64,000 nt of DNA from Rhodoblastus sp. (lineage in GTDB: Bacteria; Pseudomonadota; Alphaproteobacteria; Rhizobiales; Beijerinckiaceae): the NCBI GenBank assembly GCA_036796555.1, contig DAIRCS010000002.1, positions 10,233 through 74,232 of the forward strand, read 5' to 3'. The translations under genes and the position numbers were made by a program. Position 1 is the first letter of the stretch, and each line of letters opens with the position of its first letter. This document shows, in pieces, positions 20,878 to 30,650 of the stretch. The notes under the pieces were generated by a model that ran no database searches, was not told where the DNA came from, and saw nothing but the letters and a program-made list of their open reading frames with translations.

Positions 20878-21172
20878 GGTCTGGCCTCGCGCGGCATCTG
20901 TCGATCGTTCATCCGCTCATCAATCCGGCCGGCAGCGTCTGCGTCGACGCTGTTGACCATATTTCGACCCGGCGCGCGAGGAAGAAATGGCCAAGGCGTC
21001 GCCTGCGGCGCCGATGCGCCCACCCGTCCATCCTCGGGCCTCTTCCGAAATATGTGGCCGAAAGGCGACAGCGTCCATAATAAATAGCTCTGTGAGTTAT
21101 TCACTCTTGAGCCTGCCGCTGGACTGAGGCACTCCATCATCGAGCAGTTTCTTTCAGCCCAGGAGTGTGTGG

Positions 21173-22807
21173 ATGTCGAGCGTGTCGCGTGGGCGCAGCC
21201 AGAAGCGTTTTCGGGCCGGCGTCGCCGGTCTTGCGATTGTGGCGGCCATGCCGGCCTTCGCCGCGGACCTGCCCTCCCGCAAGAGCGCGCCCGTCGCCGC
21301 GCCGCCGCTTCTCACCTGGACCGGCTTCTACGTCGGCCTGAACGCCGGCACGTCGGCGGGCGATGTTTCCTCGAGCCGCTCGTTCTTCGCGCCTGCCGGC
21401 GTCGGCGCCCCGGAATTCCAGCGGATGGATTCCCGGCTGCCGTTCGGCGACCTCTTCGTCGGCGCCCAGGCGGGCTATAACTGGCAGATGCCGAGCGGCG
21501 TGGTCGTCGGCGTCGAGACGGACTTCTCGCTCGGCGTCCTGCGCAAGCACGCCAGCGCCGACTACGTCGACGTCGTTCCCGGCTTCTTCAATAGCGTGAC
21601 CGGCACGGCGCGGTTCGGACTCGACTGGCAGGGCTCGACGCGTCTGCGCCTCGGCTATGCGGTCACGCCGCGCTTCCTGCCCTACGTCACCGGCGGCCTC
21701 GCCTATGCGGCCATCGCCGGCGCGACGCGATGGTCGACCGACGCCTTCGGCATCGGCAACACCTCGATCGTCGACGGCGCCGGCTCTTCGGTGAAGCTCG
21801 GCTGGACGCTGGGCGCGGGCTTTGAATATGCGCTGGGCGGCAATCTGACCTTCAAGACCGAATATCTCTACGCCCAATACGGCGGCGCCTCCTATGTGCT
21901 GCCGACGCTGCACAATCCGGCGTTCGGCGCCTCGGGCTCCGGCCCGATCGAATCGCATACGGTCGGCGTGCACACGCTGCGCTCCGGCTTCAACTACAAG
22001 TTCGGCGCGCCGGTCGTCGCCTCGACCGGCGGCGGCCCGCTCGGCCTGTTCGCCGACGTGGCCGGGCCCCGTCCGGTCTGGACGGGCTTCTATCTCGGCG
22101 TGAACGGCGGCTACGGCGGCGGCGTGCTCGAGTCGCAGCTCACCCAGTTCCAGCCGACATTGGGCGGCTTCGAAGCCCAGGGCATTCACACCAAGCTCGG
22201 CATGACCGGTTTCTCGATCGGCGGCCAGGCCGGCTACAATTACGAATTCGCCAATCACGTGGTCGCCGGCCTCGAAACCGACCTGCAATGGGGCGGCGCC
22301 AAAACGCGCGGCGAGGCGGGATTTGGAGACTTCCAGCCCGGGTTCGGGCAGGGCCTGGTCGGCAGCATCCGCTACGGTCTCGACTGGAGCGGTTCGACCC
22401 GCGCGCGCCTCGGCTACGCCATGGGCAACGGCGTCCTGACCTATGTGACGGGCGGTCTGGCCTATGCCGACCTGAGCGGCCGGATCAGTTGGACCAGCGG
22501 CAATAATTTCTTCCCGGTGGTCGGTCTGGTCGGCGGTTCGGCGTCCGGGGTGAAGCTCGGCTGGACGGCGGGCTTCGGCGGCGAATATCCGATCAACGAC
22601 CGCCTGAGCATCCGCAGCGAATTCCTCTACGCGCGTTACGCCGGCATGCCGGTCGGCGGCGGCGGCACGATCAACGTCCCGGCCTTCGCTGCGGGCCCGA
22701 TGGTCCAGTCGCTCCAGGTCAGAAGCCTCGGCGTCTCCACCGCGCGCGTCGGCCTCAACTGGAAGCTTGGCGGCTTCGGCCCCGCGCCCGTCGTCGCCAA
22801 ATACTGA
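21173..22807 (+). CDS. outer-membrane beta-barrel protein, tandem-duplicated Omp25/Omp31/RopB-like (OMP_b-brl) modules
   Basis: ATG at 21173 lies 7 nt after AGGAG. Signal peptide ends ...AAMPAFAA. WTGFYVGLNAG (21317) and WTGFYLGVNGG (22079) each open a module ending in an aromatic-rich strand (FNYKF / LNWKL). Confidence 0.8.
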   Translation: MSSVSRGRSQKRFRAGVAGLAIVAAMPAFAADLPSRKSAPVAAPPLLTWTGFYVGLNAGTSAGDVSSSRSFFAPAGVGAPEFQRMDSRLPFGDLFVGAQAGYNWQMPSGVVVGVETDFSLGVLRKHASADYVDVVPGFFNSVTGTARFGLDWQGSTRLRLGYAVTPRFLPYVTGGLAYAAIAGATRWSTDAFGIGNTSIVDGAGSSVKLGWTLGAGFEYALGGNLTFKTEYLYAQYGGASYVLPTLHNPAFGASGSGPIESHTVGVHTLRSGFNYKFGAPVVASTGGGPLGLFADVAGPRPVWTGFYLGVNGGYGGGVLESQLTQFQPTLGGFEAQGIHTKLGMTGFSIGGQAGYNYEFANHVVAGLETDLQWGGAKTRGEAGFGDFQPGFGQGLVGSIRYGLDWSGSTRARLGYAMGNGVLTYVTGGLAYADLSGRISWTSGNNFFPVVGLVGGSASGVKLGWTAGFGGEYPINDRLSIRSEFLYARYAGMPVGGGGTINVPAFAAGPMVQSLQVRSLGVSTARVGLNWKLGGFGPAPVVAKY

Positions 22808-22880
22808 TGATCGCTGACGCCGCCCGGCGGCGCTCGAGCGTTTGATAGGGGGGTCGTCAAGGCGCTCGTTTTCGGCGATC

Positions 22881-22920
22881 CGGCGAGGCGTCCGAGATAT
22901 CGGACGCCTCGCCGTCGTTT
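22881..22920 (+). terminator. candidate intrinsic terminator downstream of the porin gene
   Basis: Perfect 15-bp stem CGGCGAGGCGTCCGA-gata-TCGGACGCCTCGCCG (22881-22914) followed by TCGTTT. The U-tract is short. Confidence 0.5.
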
Positions 22921-22970
22921 CAGGGCTCTGTCCTGAGAGCCCGGCCCGTAATTCGCTGCGAACCTGCGCC

Positions 22971-23074
22971 CCTCATGCTGAGGAGGCGGCGAAGCCGCCG
23001 TCTCGAAGCATGTTCCAGAGCTAAGTGAGCCTGCCACCCTTCGAGACGCCGCTTCGCGGCTCCTCAGGGTGAGG
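22971..23074. repeat. two inverted copies of a ~40-bp GC-rich hairpin-forming unit (REP-like)
   Basis: 22971-23012 is CCTCATGCTGAGGAGGCGGCGAAGCCGCCGTCTCGAAGCATG. The reverse complement of 23035-23074 is CCTCACCCTGAGGAGCCGCGAAGCGGCGTCTCGAAGGGTG. The two share the CTGAGGAG...GCGAAGC...GTCTCGAAG cores. Confidence 0.5.
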
Positions 23075-23114
23075 ATTCGAGTTATGGGCCAGACTCTGAG
23101 AAAGGGAGGGCCGT

Positions 23115-23891
23115 TCAGGGCGAGTTGGCGCCGGAGCGGGGAAACCACGGGGCCGTCGCCGCATTCGGGCGAAACGGCTTCCACGTTCCCTCCGGCTGTG
23201 CGAGACGATCGGCGATGACCCACAATGCGGGCGCGTGAAAGCCGAGCCCGATGTGAGTCGTCGCGACCTCGACATTCTCGCGTTCGCCCCCTTCCTGCTC
23301 GAGGCAGGCGCGCCATGCCACGACGCCGTCGGCGCGCGTGTAGATCGACGTCGACGGCGCGGGGATCGGCTGCGCCAGCCGGCTGACGCGCTCGGGCGTC
23401 GGCGGCTGGTAGTTCTGGCCGGTGAGCAGTCTCCAGATGATCCGGACGTTGCTTGCGCCCGGCGCGGCGAACGGACTTCCCAGCGTGATCACCATGCGGA
23501 CCGCGTCGGGAACCCGCCGCGCCGCCTCGCGCGCGATGATCCCGCCGCGGCTCCAGCCGATCAGGCTGACCTTCTGGCCGGTCTTCGCATGCAATCCTTC
23601 GACTTGCGCCGCGATGGCGGCGAGATCCGCGTCGGGCGCGCGAACGTTGCGCCCGCGCCCCCACCCGTAGACCTGATAGCCGAGCCGATCCAGAAAGCCG
23701 CGGATGGCGATCGTGGATGTGTCGTCGGCGCCGAGGCCGGGGAGCACGACCACGGGATGCGGTTGTCCGCGCGGCGCGGCCGCCAGAAACGGCGCGGCGG
23801 CGAACAGCGCGGGAATGTCCAGCAATCCTCGTCCCTCGCTCGCCAGCAGGACGAGTGACGGCGGCTTTGGTTCCTGATCGTCGCGAGCCAT
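23115..23891 (-). CDS. alpha/beta hydrolase (lipase/esterase-like)
   Basis: ATG at 23891 (MARDDQEPK...). Nucleophile elbow GWSRGG, with VVLPGLGADD upstream. Confidence 0.75.
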   Translation of the reverse strand: MARDDQEPKPPSLVLLASEGRGLLDIPALFAAAPFLAAAPRGQPHPVVVLPGLGADDTSTIAIRGFLDRLGYQVYGWGRGRNVRAPDADLAAIAAQVEGLHAKTGQKVSLIGWSRGGIIAREAARRVPDAVRMVITLGSPFAAPGASNVRIIWRLLTGQNYQPPTPERVSRLAQPIPAPSTSIYTRADGVVAWRACLEQEGGERENVEVATTHIGLGFHAPALWVIADRLAQPEGTWKPFRPNAATAPWFPRSGANSP

Positions 23892-23910
23892 GACGCCTCT
23901 CGTGCGCAAG

Positions 23911-24825
23911 TCAGTTCAAGGCAGGCTGAAACTGCCGGTCGGCGGCAAGGCAATGGCCTGCGATCGCTTCCGCGAGAATGGGAACGAGGCCGGGCGCGAG
24001 ATCGTGCCCCATGCCGGGAATGATCTGCAGCCGCGCGCCGGGAACGCGCTTGGCCGTATCCACGCCGGCCTCGACGGGAACCAGCGGATCGTCGGCGCCG
24101 TGGAGCACCAGCGTCGGCGCTTTTATGGTCCGCAGCAGATCGACCCGGCTGCCGGACGCGAGGATCGCAACCATCTGCCGCGCCACGCCGGCCGGATAAT
24201 AGGAGCGGTCCGCCGCCTGTTCGATCTTGGCGCGAAGTTCCGCATCGGAGGTCGGAAAGCCGGGGCTGCCGATGATGCGATAGATATTCATGCCGTGCTT
24301 GACGACGCGCTCGCGATCCTCCGGGCCCGGACGCGGCGCGAGCAGCGCCGCCATCGCCTTGGGCTTGGCGGAAGGAAGCTTGGGATCGCCGCTCGACGAC
24401 ATGATCGAGACGAGGCTCCGGACGCGGTCGCGATATTTCGCCGCGACGATCTGGGCGATCATGCCGCCCATCGACGCGCCGACCACATGAGCCTGGTCGA
24501 TGCCGAGCTCGTCCATGAGTCCGACCGCGTCCGCCGCCATGTCGTCGAGCTTGTAGGGCGCCTCGACAGAGCGCCCGATCAGGGCGCGCGCGAAGGCCGC
24601 GGCGACGTTCACGGTTCCCGCCTTGTCGAATTTCGTCGAAAGGCCGATGTCGCGATTGTCGAAACGCACGACGCGGAAACCGCGCTCGGCGAGCGCCCGA
24701 CAGAACGGGAGCGGCCATGCGATCATCTGGGTGCCCAGACCCATGACCAGGAGAATGGCCGGGGCCTTCGGATCGCCGATTTCGTCGTAGGCGATACGGA
24801 TGCCGTTCGCGGCTATTTCGGGCAT
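23911..24825 (-). CDS. alpha/beta hydrolase fold protein
   Basis: ATG at 24825 follows GGAGAA. MPEIAANGIRIAYDEIGDPKAPAILLVMGLG..., nucleophile elbow GASMGG, C-terminal GMGHDL (catalytic His context). Confidence 0.85.
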   Translation of the reverse strand: MPEIAANGIRIAYDEIGDPKAPAILLVMGLGTQMIAWPLPFCRALAERGFRVVRFDNRDIGLSTKFDKAGTVNVAAAFARALIGRSVEAPYKLDDMAADAVGLMDELGIDQAHVVGASMGGMIAQIVAAKYRDRVRSLVSIMSSSGDPKLPSAKPKAMAALLAPRPGPEDRERVVKHGMNIYRIIGSPGFPTSDAELRAKIEQAADRSYYPAGVARQMVAILASGSRVDLLRTIKAPTLVLHGADDPLVPVEAGVDTAKRVPGARLQIIPGMGHDLAPGLVPILAEAIAGHCLAADRQFQPALN

Positions 24826-24874
24826 TGACCATTCTCCATTTTCTGCGCCGCGCCGGAACCGGACGTCCGCCCGT

Positions 24875-25666
24875 TCACGCGCCGCCGCTCTTGCCGAGCG
24901 CGCCGCCGATGGCCCGCAGCAGCCAGCTCGGCTGATACTTGATCCATTGCACGGCCAGTTCGTTGGCGATCCCGGCGACATGAACCGGCTTGCCCGCCAT
25001 GCACGCGCGATAGCCTTCCTGCGCGACCGTCTTGGCGTCCATGATCATCGCGCTCGGCATTTTGCCAAGTTCGGTTCCTTCCACCATCCCCGTCTCGGTG
25101 ACCCCGGGACACAGCGTCGTCACCGTGATCCCGCTGCCGGCCAGCTCCTGCGACAGCGCGTCGCCGAAGGAGCGGACATAGGCTTTGGAGGCCGCATAGA
25201 CCGCCAGATTCGGCACGGGCATGAAGGAGGCGATCGAGGCGACGTTGAGGATTCGCCCGCGCTTGCGCTCGATCATCGGGCCGAGGAAGAGATGGGTCAT
25301 CGCCGTCATCGCCATGACGTTGACCTGCAGGAGCTGCATTTGCCGGTTGAGGTCGAGGGCGCTGAAACGACCCTCGACCAGCAGTCCCGCGTTGTTCACC
25401 AGAAGATCGATCTGCGCGCCCGCGTCCCGCAGCGAGTCGAACAGGGCTTGCGGCGCGTCCGGCTCGCTCAGGTCGACGGATGCGATCGTCGCCTTGACGC
25501 CGTGCGCGGCGCGCAATTCGTCGGCGAGTTCCTGCAGCTTGTCGCGGCGGCGCGCCGCCAGGACGAGGCTGTGCCCGTTGGCGGCCAGCACGCGCGCAAG
25601 CTCCTGGCCGATCCCCGCCGAAGCGCCGGTGACCAGCGCGCAGGGCTTCTCGTTCTCCTTGGCCAT
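24875..25666 (-). CDS. short-chain dehydrogenase/reductase (SDR)
   Basis: ALVTGASAGIGQELA (TGxxxGxG), NNAG, YAASKAY (YxxxK). Confidence 0.85.
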   Translation of the reverse strand: MAKENEKPCALVTGASAGIGQELARVLAANGHSLVLAARRRDKLQELADELRAAHGVKATIASVDLSEPDAPQALFDSLRDAGAQIDLLVNNAGLLVEGRFSALDLNRQMQLLQVNVMAMTAMTHLFLGPMIERKRGRILNVASIASFMPVPNLAVYAASKAYVRSFGDALSQELAGSGITVTTLCPGVTETGMVEGTELGKMPSAMIMDAKTVAQEGYRACMAGKPVHVAGIANELAVQWIKYQPSWLLRAIGGALGKSGGA

Positions 25667-25767
25667 CCGCCGTTTCCTTCCGATCCCGGATGATCCGCGC
25701 TTTCCCAGGTCCGCCGCTTGCGCGCGTCGCCGCCGCCGGCAATTCGCCGGCGGCGGCTCTTATGCGC

Positions 25768-27123
25768 TCACTCCGCCGGAACGGCCGCCGGGGCGCGACG
25801 GCCGGCGGCGGCGCGGATCGACAGCAGCAGCACCGCCGCGGACACCACATACAGGCCGATGACGAAATACAGGCTGTAGATGTTGTTGCCGGTCTGCTTG
25901 ACGATGAGGCCGTTGATCGAGGGACTGACGGCCGGGCCGAGGTTTCCGAGGCTGCTGATCAGCGCCAGGCCGCCGGCGGCCGCGCCGGCCGAGAGATATT
26001 CGCTCGTCAACGCGAAGAAGAGCGGCGTCGCCGCGGCGATACCGATCACGGCGAACGACAGGGCCAGGATCGAGCCGACCAGATTGCCCTGCAGCAGGCC
26101 CGTCACGAACAGGCCCACGGCGGCGATGAGCATGCAGGTCGCGTAGTGCCAGCGCCGTTCGCGCCACGCGTCCGAATTGCGGCCGATCAGAACCATGCCG
26201 ACGATACCCACGGCGTTGGGAATGGCCGCATAGACGCCGATGAGGAAAAAGTCCTTCACGCCCCAGCTCTGAATGAGGGTCGGCAGCCAGAACACCATCG
26301 TGTAGGTTCCGCCCAGCAGCAGGAAATACACCAGCGACAAGGCGTAGATTCGCGGGTCGCGCAGGCACTGGCCGAACGTCGACGTGCGCTCCGACTCCAC
26401 ATCCTTGACGTCGTGCGCGAAAGCGTCCTGGAGCAGCGCCTTCTCTTCGGTCGAAAGCCATTTCGCCTGCGCCGGCTTGTCCTCGAGCAGGAGGTAGACG
26501 AGAACGCCGAGGATGACCGCGGGCACGCCTTGCACGAGGAACAGCCACTGCCAGCCGTGAAGCCCCGAGAAGCCGTCGAAATATTTCAGGATCGCGCCGC
26601 AGAGCGGTCCCGCGAACACCGAGGCGATCGTGGTCGCCGTCATGAAGATCGCGATCACCTGCCCGCGCCGCGCCGACGGATACCAATAGGTGAAATACAG
26701 AATGACCCCGGGGAAGAATCCCGCCTCGAACGCGCCGAGCAGGAACCGCACGACGTAGAACCGCCACGGCGTCGTCGCAAACATCATCGCAATCGCCGCC
26801 AGGCCCCACAGGACCATGATGCGCAGCAGCGTCTTGCGGGCGCCGATCTTCTCGAGGAACAGATTGCTCGGCACTTCGAAGATGAAATAGCCGATGAAGA
26901 AGATGCCCGCGCCGAGACCGTAGACCGCATCGTCGAACGTCAGGGTCTGCTTCATCTGGAGCTGTGCGTATCCGACGTTGATGCGATCGAGATAGGCGAC
27001 GATATAGGCGACGAGCAGCAGAGGTATGATGCGCCAGTCGATTTTCGAGAAGACGGCCTTGAAGGCCGGGTCTCGTAAATTCAGGGATCCTGCCGATCCT
27101 TCGGTCGTGGCGGATAGGTGCAT
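25768..27123 (-). CDS. MFS transporter (anion:cation symporter-like)
   Basis: 451 aa, about 12 hydrophobic helices, with LDRINVGYAQLQM and GYFIFEVPSN as in ACS-family MFS permeases. Confidence 0.85.
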   Translation of the reverse strand: MHLSATTEGSAGSLNLRDPAFKAVFSKIDWRIIPLLLVAYIVAYLDRINVGYAQLQMKQTLTFDDAVYGLGAGIFFIGYFIFEVPSNLFLEKIGARKTLLRIMVLWGLAAIAMMFATTPWRFYVVRFLLGAFEAGFFPGVILYFTYWYPSARRGQVIAIFMTATTIASVFAGPLCGAILKYFDGFSGLHGWQWLFLVQGVPAVILGVLVYLLLEDKPAQAKWLSTEEKALLQDAFAHDVKDVESERTSTFGQCLRDPRIYALSLVYFLLLGGTYTMVFWLPTLIQSWGVKDFFLIGVYAAIPNAVGIVGMVLIGRNSDAWRERRWHYATCMLIAAVGLFVTGLLQGNLVGSILALSFAVIGIAAATPLFFALTSEYLSAGAAAGGLALISSLGNLGPAVSPSINGLIVKQTGNNIYSLYFVIGLYVVSAAVLLLSIRAAAGRRAPAAVPAE

Positions 27124-27276
27124 CGTTGTCTTCTCCCCGGCTGTCTGTTTCTTCTTCCGCGCAAATGCGCGCCAGCGGCCGAAACCGCGGCCAGTCTCGT
27201 ATCTTCTCCTCCGGGAAAGGCGGCGCGGCGTCGCCTGGCCGCCAATCTCCGGAATGAAGCAGCTTCTTCCGGCCGG

Positions 27277-28830
27277 CTATTTGCCTTTGCGCGCGGCGCC
27301 GGACGCTTCTTTTCTTGCTGATGATTTCGACGATCCCGTCGATGACGGAACGACGATCTCCGCGACCGGCGGCGCATCGGCCGCCGGCGACGCATCGGCG
27401 GCGGCCGGCGGAGCGACGACCGGCGGGAGCGCCTCGATGGCCTTGAGCGCGTCCTGCAGGTGCTTGACGATCTCCCAGGACTCTTCCTGCGAGACGACGC
27501 GACGACAGGCGGTCAGGCCGAATTCCAGCAGGCCTGCGTAGCTGTGCACGGTGATGTTCAGCGCGCTGCCGTGATAGGGAATCGACACCGGGAAGTAATG
27601 CGTCATCCGCGCGCCCGCCATGTAGAGAGGCATCGGCGGTCCGGGGAAGTTCGAGATCAGCGCATTGCCCCCCCCCGGAAGACGGCCGGCCAGATTGGAC
27701 CGCCCGAGCAGCGCCGCCATCCCGGTCATCAACCAGGGCGCGCCGGTGATCGGCACATTGATGCCGAGCGCCGGCTTGAGCTCCCGCACGACGGCCTTCG
27801 CCGCTTCCGACGAGGCGTGGATGGCCTTGAACCGGGCCGGAATGTCCGCGATGTCGGTGGCGAGATCGACGCGGACGGACGACACCTGGTTGTTCATCGA
27901 CGTGTCGCCTTCGGCGCGCAGGCTGACCGGAACCATGGCGATCAGCGCTTCCTTGGGCAGCAGATCGCGTTCCTTCAGGAAGCGTTCGAGCGCGATGCTG
28001 CACGCCGCCATCACGATCGTGTTGACGGTGCCGCCGACCCGCTTGCCCAGCGCCTTGATGTCGGAGAGCGGAACGGTCAGCGTGCTGTAGGAACGCTGAT
28101 TGGTGATCGACTGATTGAAGATCGTCTTGGGCGCCAATCCGAGGTTCAGCGGGCGCTCGCCTTCGGGCGTCCGCTGGCTGGCGATCACGCCGGCCGCCGT
28201 GGCGAAGGCCTTCGCCGTCGAGGGAAGCGCTTCGACGATCTTGCGATATTGCTGCGCCGCGTTGGTCGTCGCCGCCTGCAGCAGTTCCGTGACGCCGAGC
28301 TGGTACTGGCCGCTCGATCGCTTGCGCCGCGGCGGCGGGACCTCGCGTATTTTCGGCGACGTATCGTAGAGCACCTTCGCCAGCTCGACGCCGGCCTTGC
28401 CGTCGACGCCGCTGTGATGGGCCTTCGTGTAGAAGGCCATCTGCCCGTTTTCGAGACCGTCGATGACGTACATTTCCCAAAGCGGGCGGCTGCGGTCGAG
28501 CAGGGTCGAATGCAGCCGGGCGACGAGCTGCTCGAGCTGCGCCATCGTGCCGGGACGACGGAGCGTCACGGTGCGGATGTGATAGTCGAGGTCGATGTCG
28601 TCGTCCTCGATCCAGACGGGTTCGGCCAGTTCGAACGGCATGGGCGCCAGCTTGCGCGTCAGCACCGAGGCGAGATGAAGGCGCTTGCCGATCATCGCCT
28701 TCACGTCTTCGTAATAATCGCCCTCGTAGCCCGCGGGCAGCTCGAAGAGCATCAGGCTGCCGACGTGCATCGGCGTTTCGGGCGTCTCGAAATGCAGAAA
28801 CGAGGCGTCGATGCTGCTGAGCTGGTCCAT
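27277..28830 (-). CDS. wax ester synthase / diacylglycerol acyltransferase (WS/DGAT)
   Basis: N-terminal LSSIDASFLHFETPETPMHVG plus the catalytic HHSGVDG motif (HHxxxDG; codons at 28399-28419, verified on the minus strand). 517 aa with a low-complexity C-terminal tail. Confidence 0.85.
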   Translation of the reverse strand: MDQLSSIDASFLHFETPETPMHVGSLMLFELPAGYEGDYYEDVKAMIGKRLHLASVLTRKLAPMPFELAEPVWIEDDDIDLDYHIRTVTLRRPGTMAQLEQLVARLHSTLLDRSRPLWEMYVIDGLENGQMAFYTKAHHSGVDGKAGVELAKVLYDTSPKIREVPPPRRKRSSGQYQLGVTELLQAATTNAAQQYRKIVEALPSTAKAFATAAGVIASQRTPEGERPLNLGLAPKTIFNQSITNQRSYSTLTVPLSDIKALGKRVGGTVNTIVMAACSIALERFLKERDLLPKEALIAMVPVSLRAEGDTSMNNQVSSVRVDLATDIADIPARFKAIHASSEAAKAVVRELKPALGINVPITGAPWLMTGMAALLGRSNLAGRLPGGGNALISNFPGPPMPLYMAGARMTHYFPVSIPYHGSALNITVHSYAGLLEFGLTACRRVVSQEESWEIVKHLQDALKAIEALPPVVAPPAAADASPAADAPPVAEIVVPSSTGSSKSSARKEASGAARKGK

Positions 28831-28949
28831 TCCGTGCCTCCGTATTGCGAGCGCGGCGGCGATCCGTTCAGGCCGCGCGCGCGAGTTTCAGCGAGAGCTT
28901 GCGGTTCGCGATCGTTCGACGTCGCGCTGCGCGGACGCCGGGCGAACCA

Positions 28950-30650
28950 CTAGGCCTGCGCTTTCGCCTTTTGTGCTTCCTCGTCGTAGAGATCCTTCTT
29001 CGAGATCTTGCCGACCGCCGTCTTCGGCAGCTCGGGCCGTATCTCGAGCGCGTGGATCATCTCGTGCTTGCCGAGCTTGTCCTTGAGGAAGTCCTGCAGC
29101 TCCTTGAGCGCGAAGGGCGTGGCGTCGGCCTTGAGCTTGATGAAGGCTTTCGGCGACTGGCCGCGATATTCGTCGTGAATGCCGATCACGGCGACCTCTT
29201 CGACCGAAGGATGCTTGTAGACGGCTTCCTCGAGGACGCGGGGGTAGACGTTGTAGCCGCTGCACAGCAGCATGTCCTTGGTGCGGTCGACGATGTAGAC
29301 GAAGCCGTCGTCGTCCATGTAGCCGACGTCGCCGGTGCGCAGGAAACCGTCGGACGTCATCACCTCGGCCGTCGCGTCCGGCTTGTTCCAGTAGCCCTTC
29401 ATGACGTTCGGGCCCTTGATGCAGATTTCGCCGCGCTCCCCGAGCGGCACATATGTCGTCGAATCCTCGACGCTCAGGAACTTGATGACGATGCCCGGCG
29501 ACGGCAGCCCGCAGGAGCCGATCTTCCGCATGGCTCCGGCCTGCCCCGGCGTGAACGTGCCGGTCGGCGACGTCTCGGTCATCCCCCATCCTTCGGACGG
29601 ATAGACGCCGGTGATCGCGGTGAACTGCTCGGCCACCTCGACCGGCAGCGGCGCGCCGCCGGACCCGCAATACCTCAGCGAGCGCAGGCTGTAGTTGGGC
29701 GTCTCGGGGTTGTGGATCAATGCGGTGAACATCGTCGGAACGCCGCAGAAGACCGTCACCTGCTTGTTCGTGATGTCGGCCAGCACGCTCTTGGGATCGA
29801 AGCGCACGTGCTGGATGATCTCCGATCCGCTGAGGATGCCGAACAGCACGTTCACCGTAAGGGCGTAGATGTGGAACGGCGGCAGCACGGCGAGCATGCG
29901 CTCCTGCCCTTCGTGCAGGACCCCGCCCGCCGTCGCCCAGGACTGGCGAGCGGCGCAATTGAGGTTGGCGTGCGTGAGCATGGCGCCCTTGGGCAGGCCG
30001 GTCGTGCCGCCGGTATATTGAAGCACCGCGATCGCCTCGGTCGGATCGCCGATCGGATACGCTTCGTACTTGCCGTCATTGTTGAGCAGTTCGGCGAAGC
30101 TGACGTGGCGGTCGTCCCATTGCGGCGCGCTCACTTGCTTGCCGGCCTTCAATTCCGCCGCGACGGCCGCGGGGTCGGCGGCCATTTCCGCCAGATTGCC
30201 GACGATGAGCTTCTTCAGCCGCGTCTTGCCGAGCATGCCCGCCATCTGGGGATAGAGGGCCGCCATGTCGAGCGTGATGACGAAATCGGTGCGGCTGTCC
30301 TCGATCTTGTGCTCGAGGACCTTGGCGGCGTCGAGCGGCGAGTAGTTGACGACGGTTCCGCCGGCCTTCAGCACGCCGAGGAAGGAGATGATGTAATGGG
30401 GCGAATTCGGCAGGAACAGGCCGACATGCACGCCCGGCTTGACGCCGAGCTTCTGCAATCCGCGCGCGGCCCGGTTCACCAGATCGCCGAGTTCGCGATA
30501 GGCGATCCGCTTGCCCATGAACTCGATTGCGGGATTGTCCGGATATCTGGCGACGGTGTCGTCCAGTATCTGCTGCACCGCGCCGGGAGCGATGTCGATA
30601 TCCCAGCGCACGCCGGCGGGGTAGGACTTGATCCACGGCATATCGTTCAT
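28950..30650 (-). CDS. long-chain fatty acid-CoA ligase (FadD-like)
   Basis: ATG at 30650 follows GAGGAAGGAAA. MNDMPWIKSYPAGV...; AMP-binding motifs LQYTGGTTGLPKGAMLTH, GWGMTE and GDVGYMDDDGFVYIVDRTKD. Confidence 0.9.
   Translation of the reverse strand: MNDMPWIKSYPAGVRWDIDIAPGAVQQILDDTVARYPDNPAIEFMGKRIAYRELGDLVNRAARGLQKLGVKPGVHVGLFLPNSPHYIISFLGVLKAGGTVVNYSPLDAAKVLEHKIEDSRTDFVITLDMAALYPQMAGMLGKTRLKKLIVGNLAEMAADPAAVAAELKAGKQVSAPQWDDRHVSFAELLNNDGKYEAYPIGDPTEAIAVLQYTGGTTGLPKGAMLTHANLNCAARQSWATAGGVLHEGQERMLAVLPPFHIYALTVNVLFGILSGSEIIQHVRFDPKSVLADITNKQVTVFCGVPTMFTALIHNPETPNYSLRSLRYCGSGGAPLPVEVAEQFTAITGVYPSEGWGMTETSPTGTFTPGQAGAMRKIGSCGLPSPGIVIKFLSVEDSTTYVPLGERGEICIKGPNVMKGYWNKPDATAEVMTSDGFLRTGDVGYMDDDGFVYIVDRTKDMLLCSGYNVYPRVLEEAVYKHPSVEEVAVIGIHDEYRGQSPKAFIKLKADATPFALKELQDFLKDKLGKHEMIHALEIRPELPKTAVGKISKKDLYDEEAQKAKAQA

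Noticed and set aside
20933-20952. CAGCGTC-N6-GACGCTG dyad (containing the palindrome GCGTCGACGC) as a MarR operator
   Set aside because: It is short and GC-rich, so it is likely to occur by chance in this genome. It lies about 55 nt upstream of the MarR ATG, but nothing else supports it.
20380-21087. 235-aa plus-strand ORF and the other ORFs overlapping 20390-20779
   Set aside because: They are antisense to or out of frame with the MarR-family gene, which has a clear winged-helix region.
25760-28480. 906-aa minus-strand ORF spanning the MFS and WS/DGAT genes
   Set aside because: It is out of frame with both real genes, which have clear TM patterns and the HHxxxDG motif. The translation is Arg/Gly/Asp-rich nonsense that crosses an intergenic gap.
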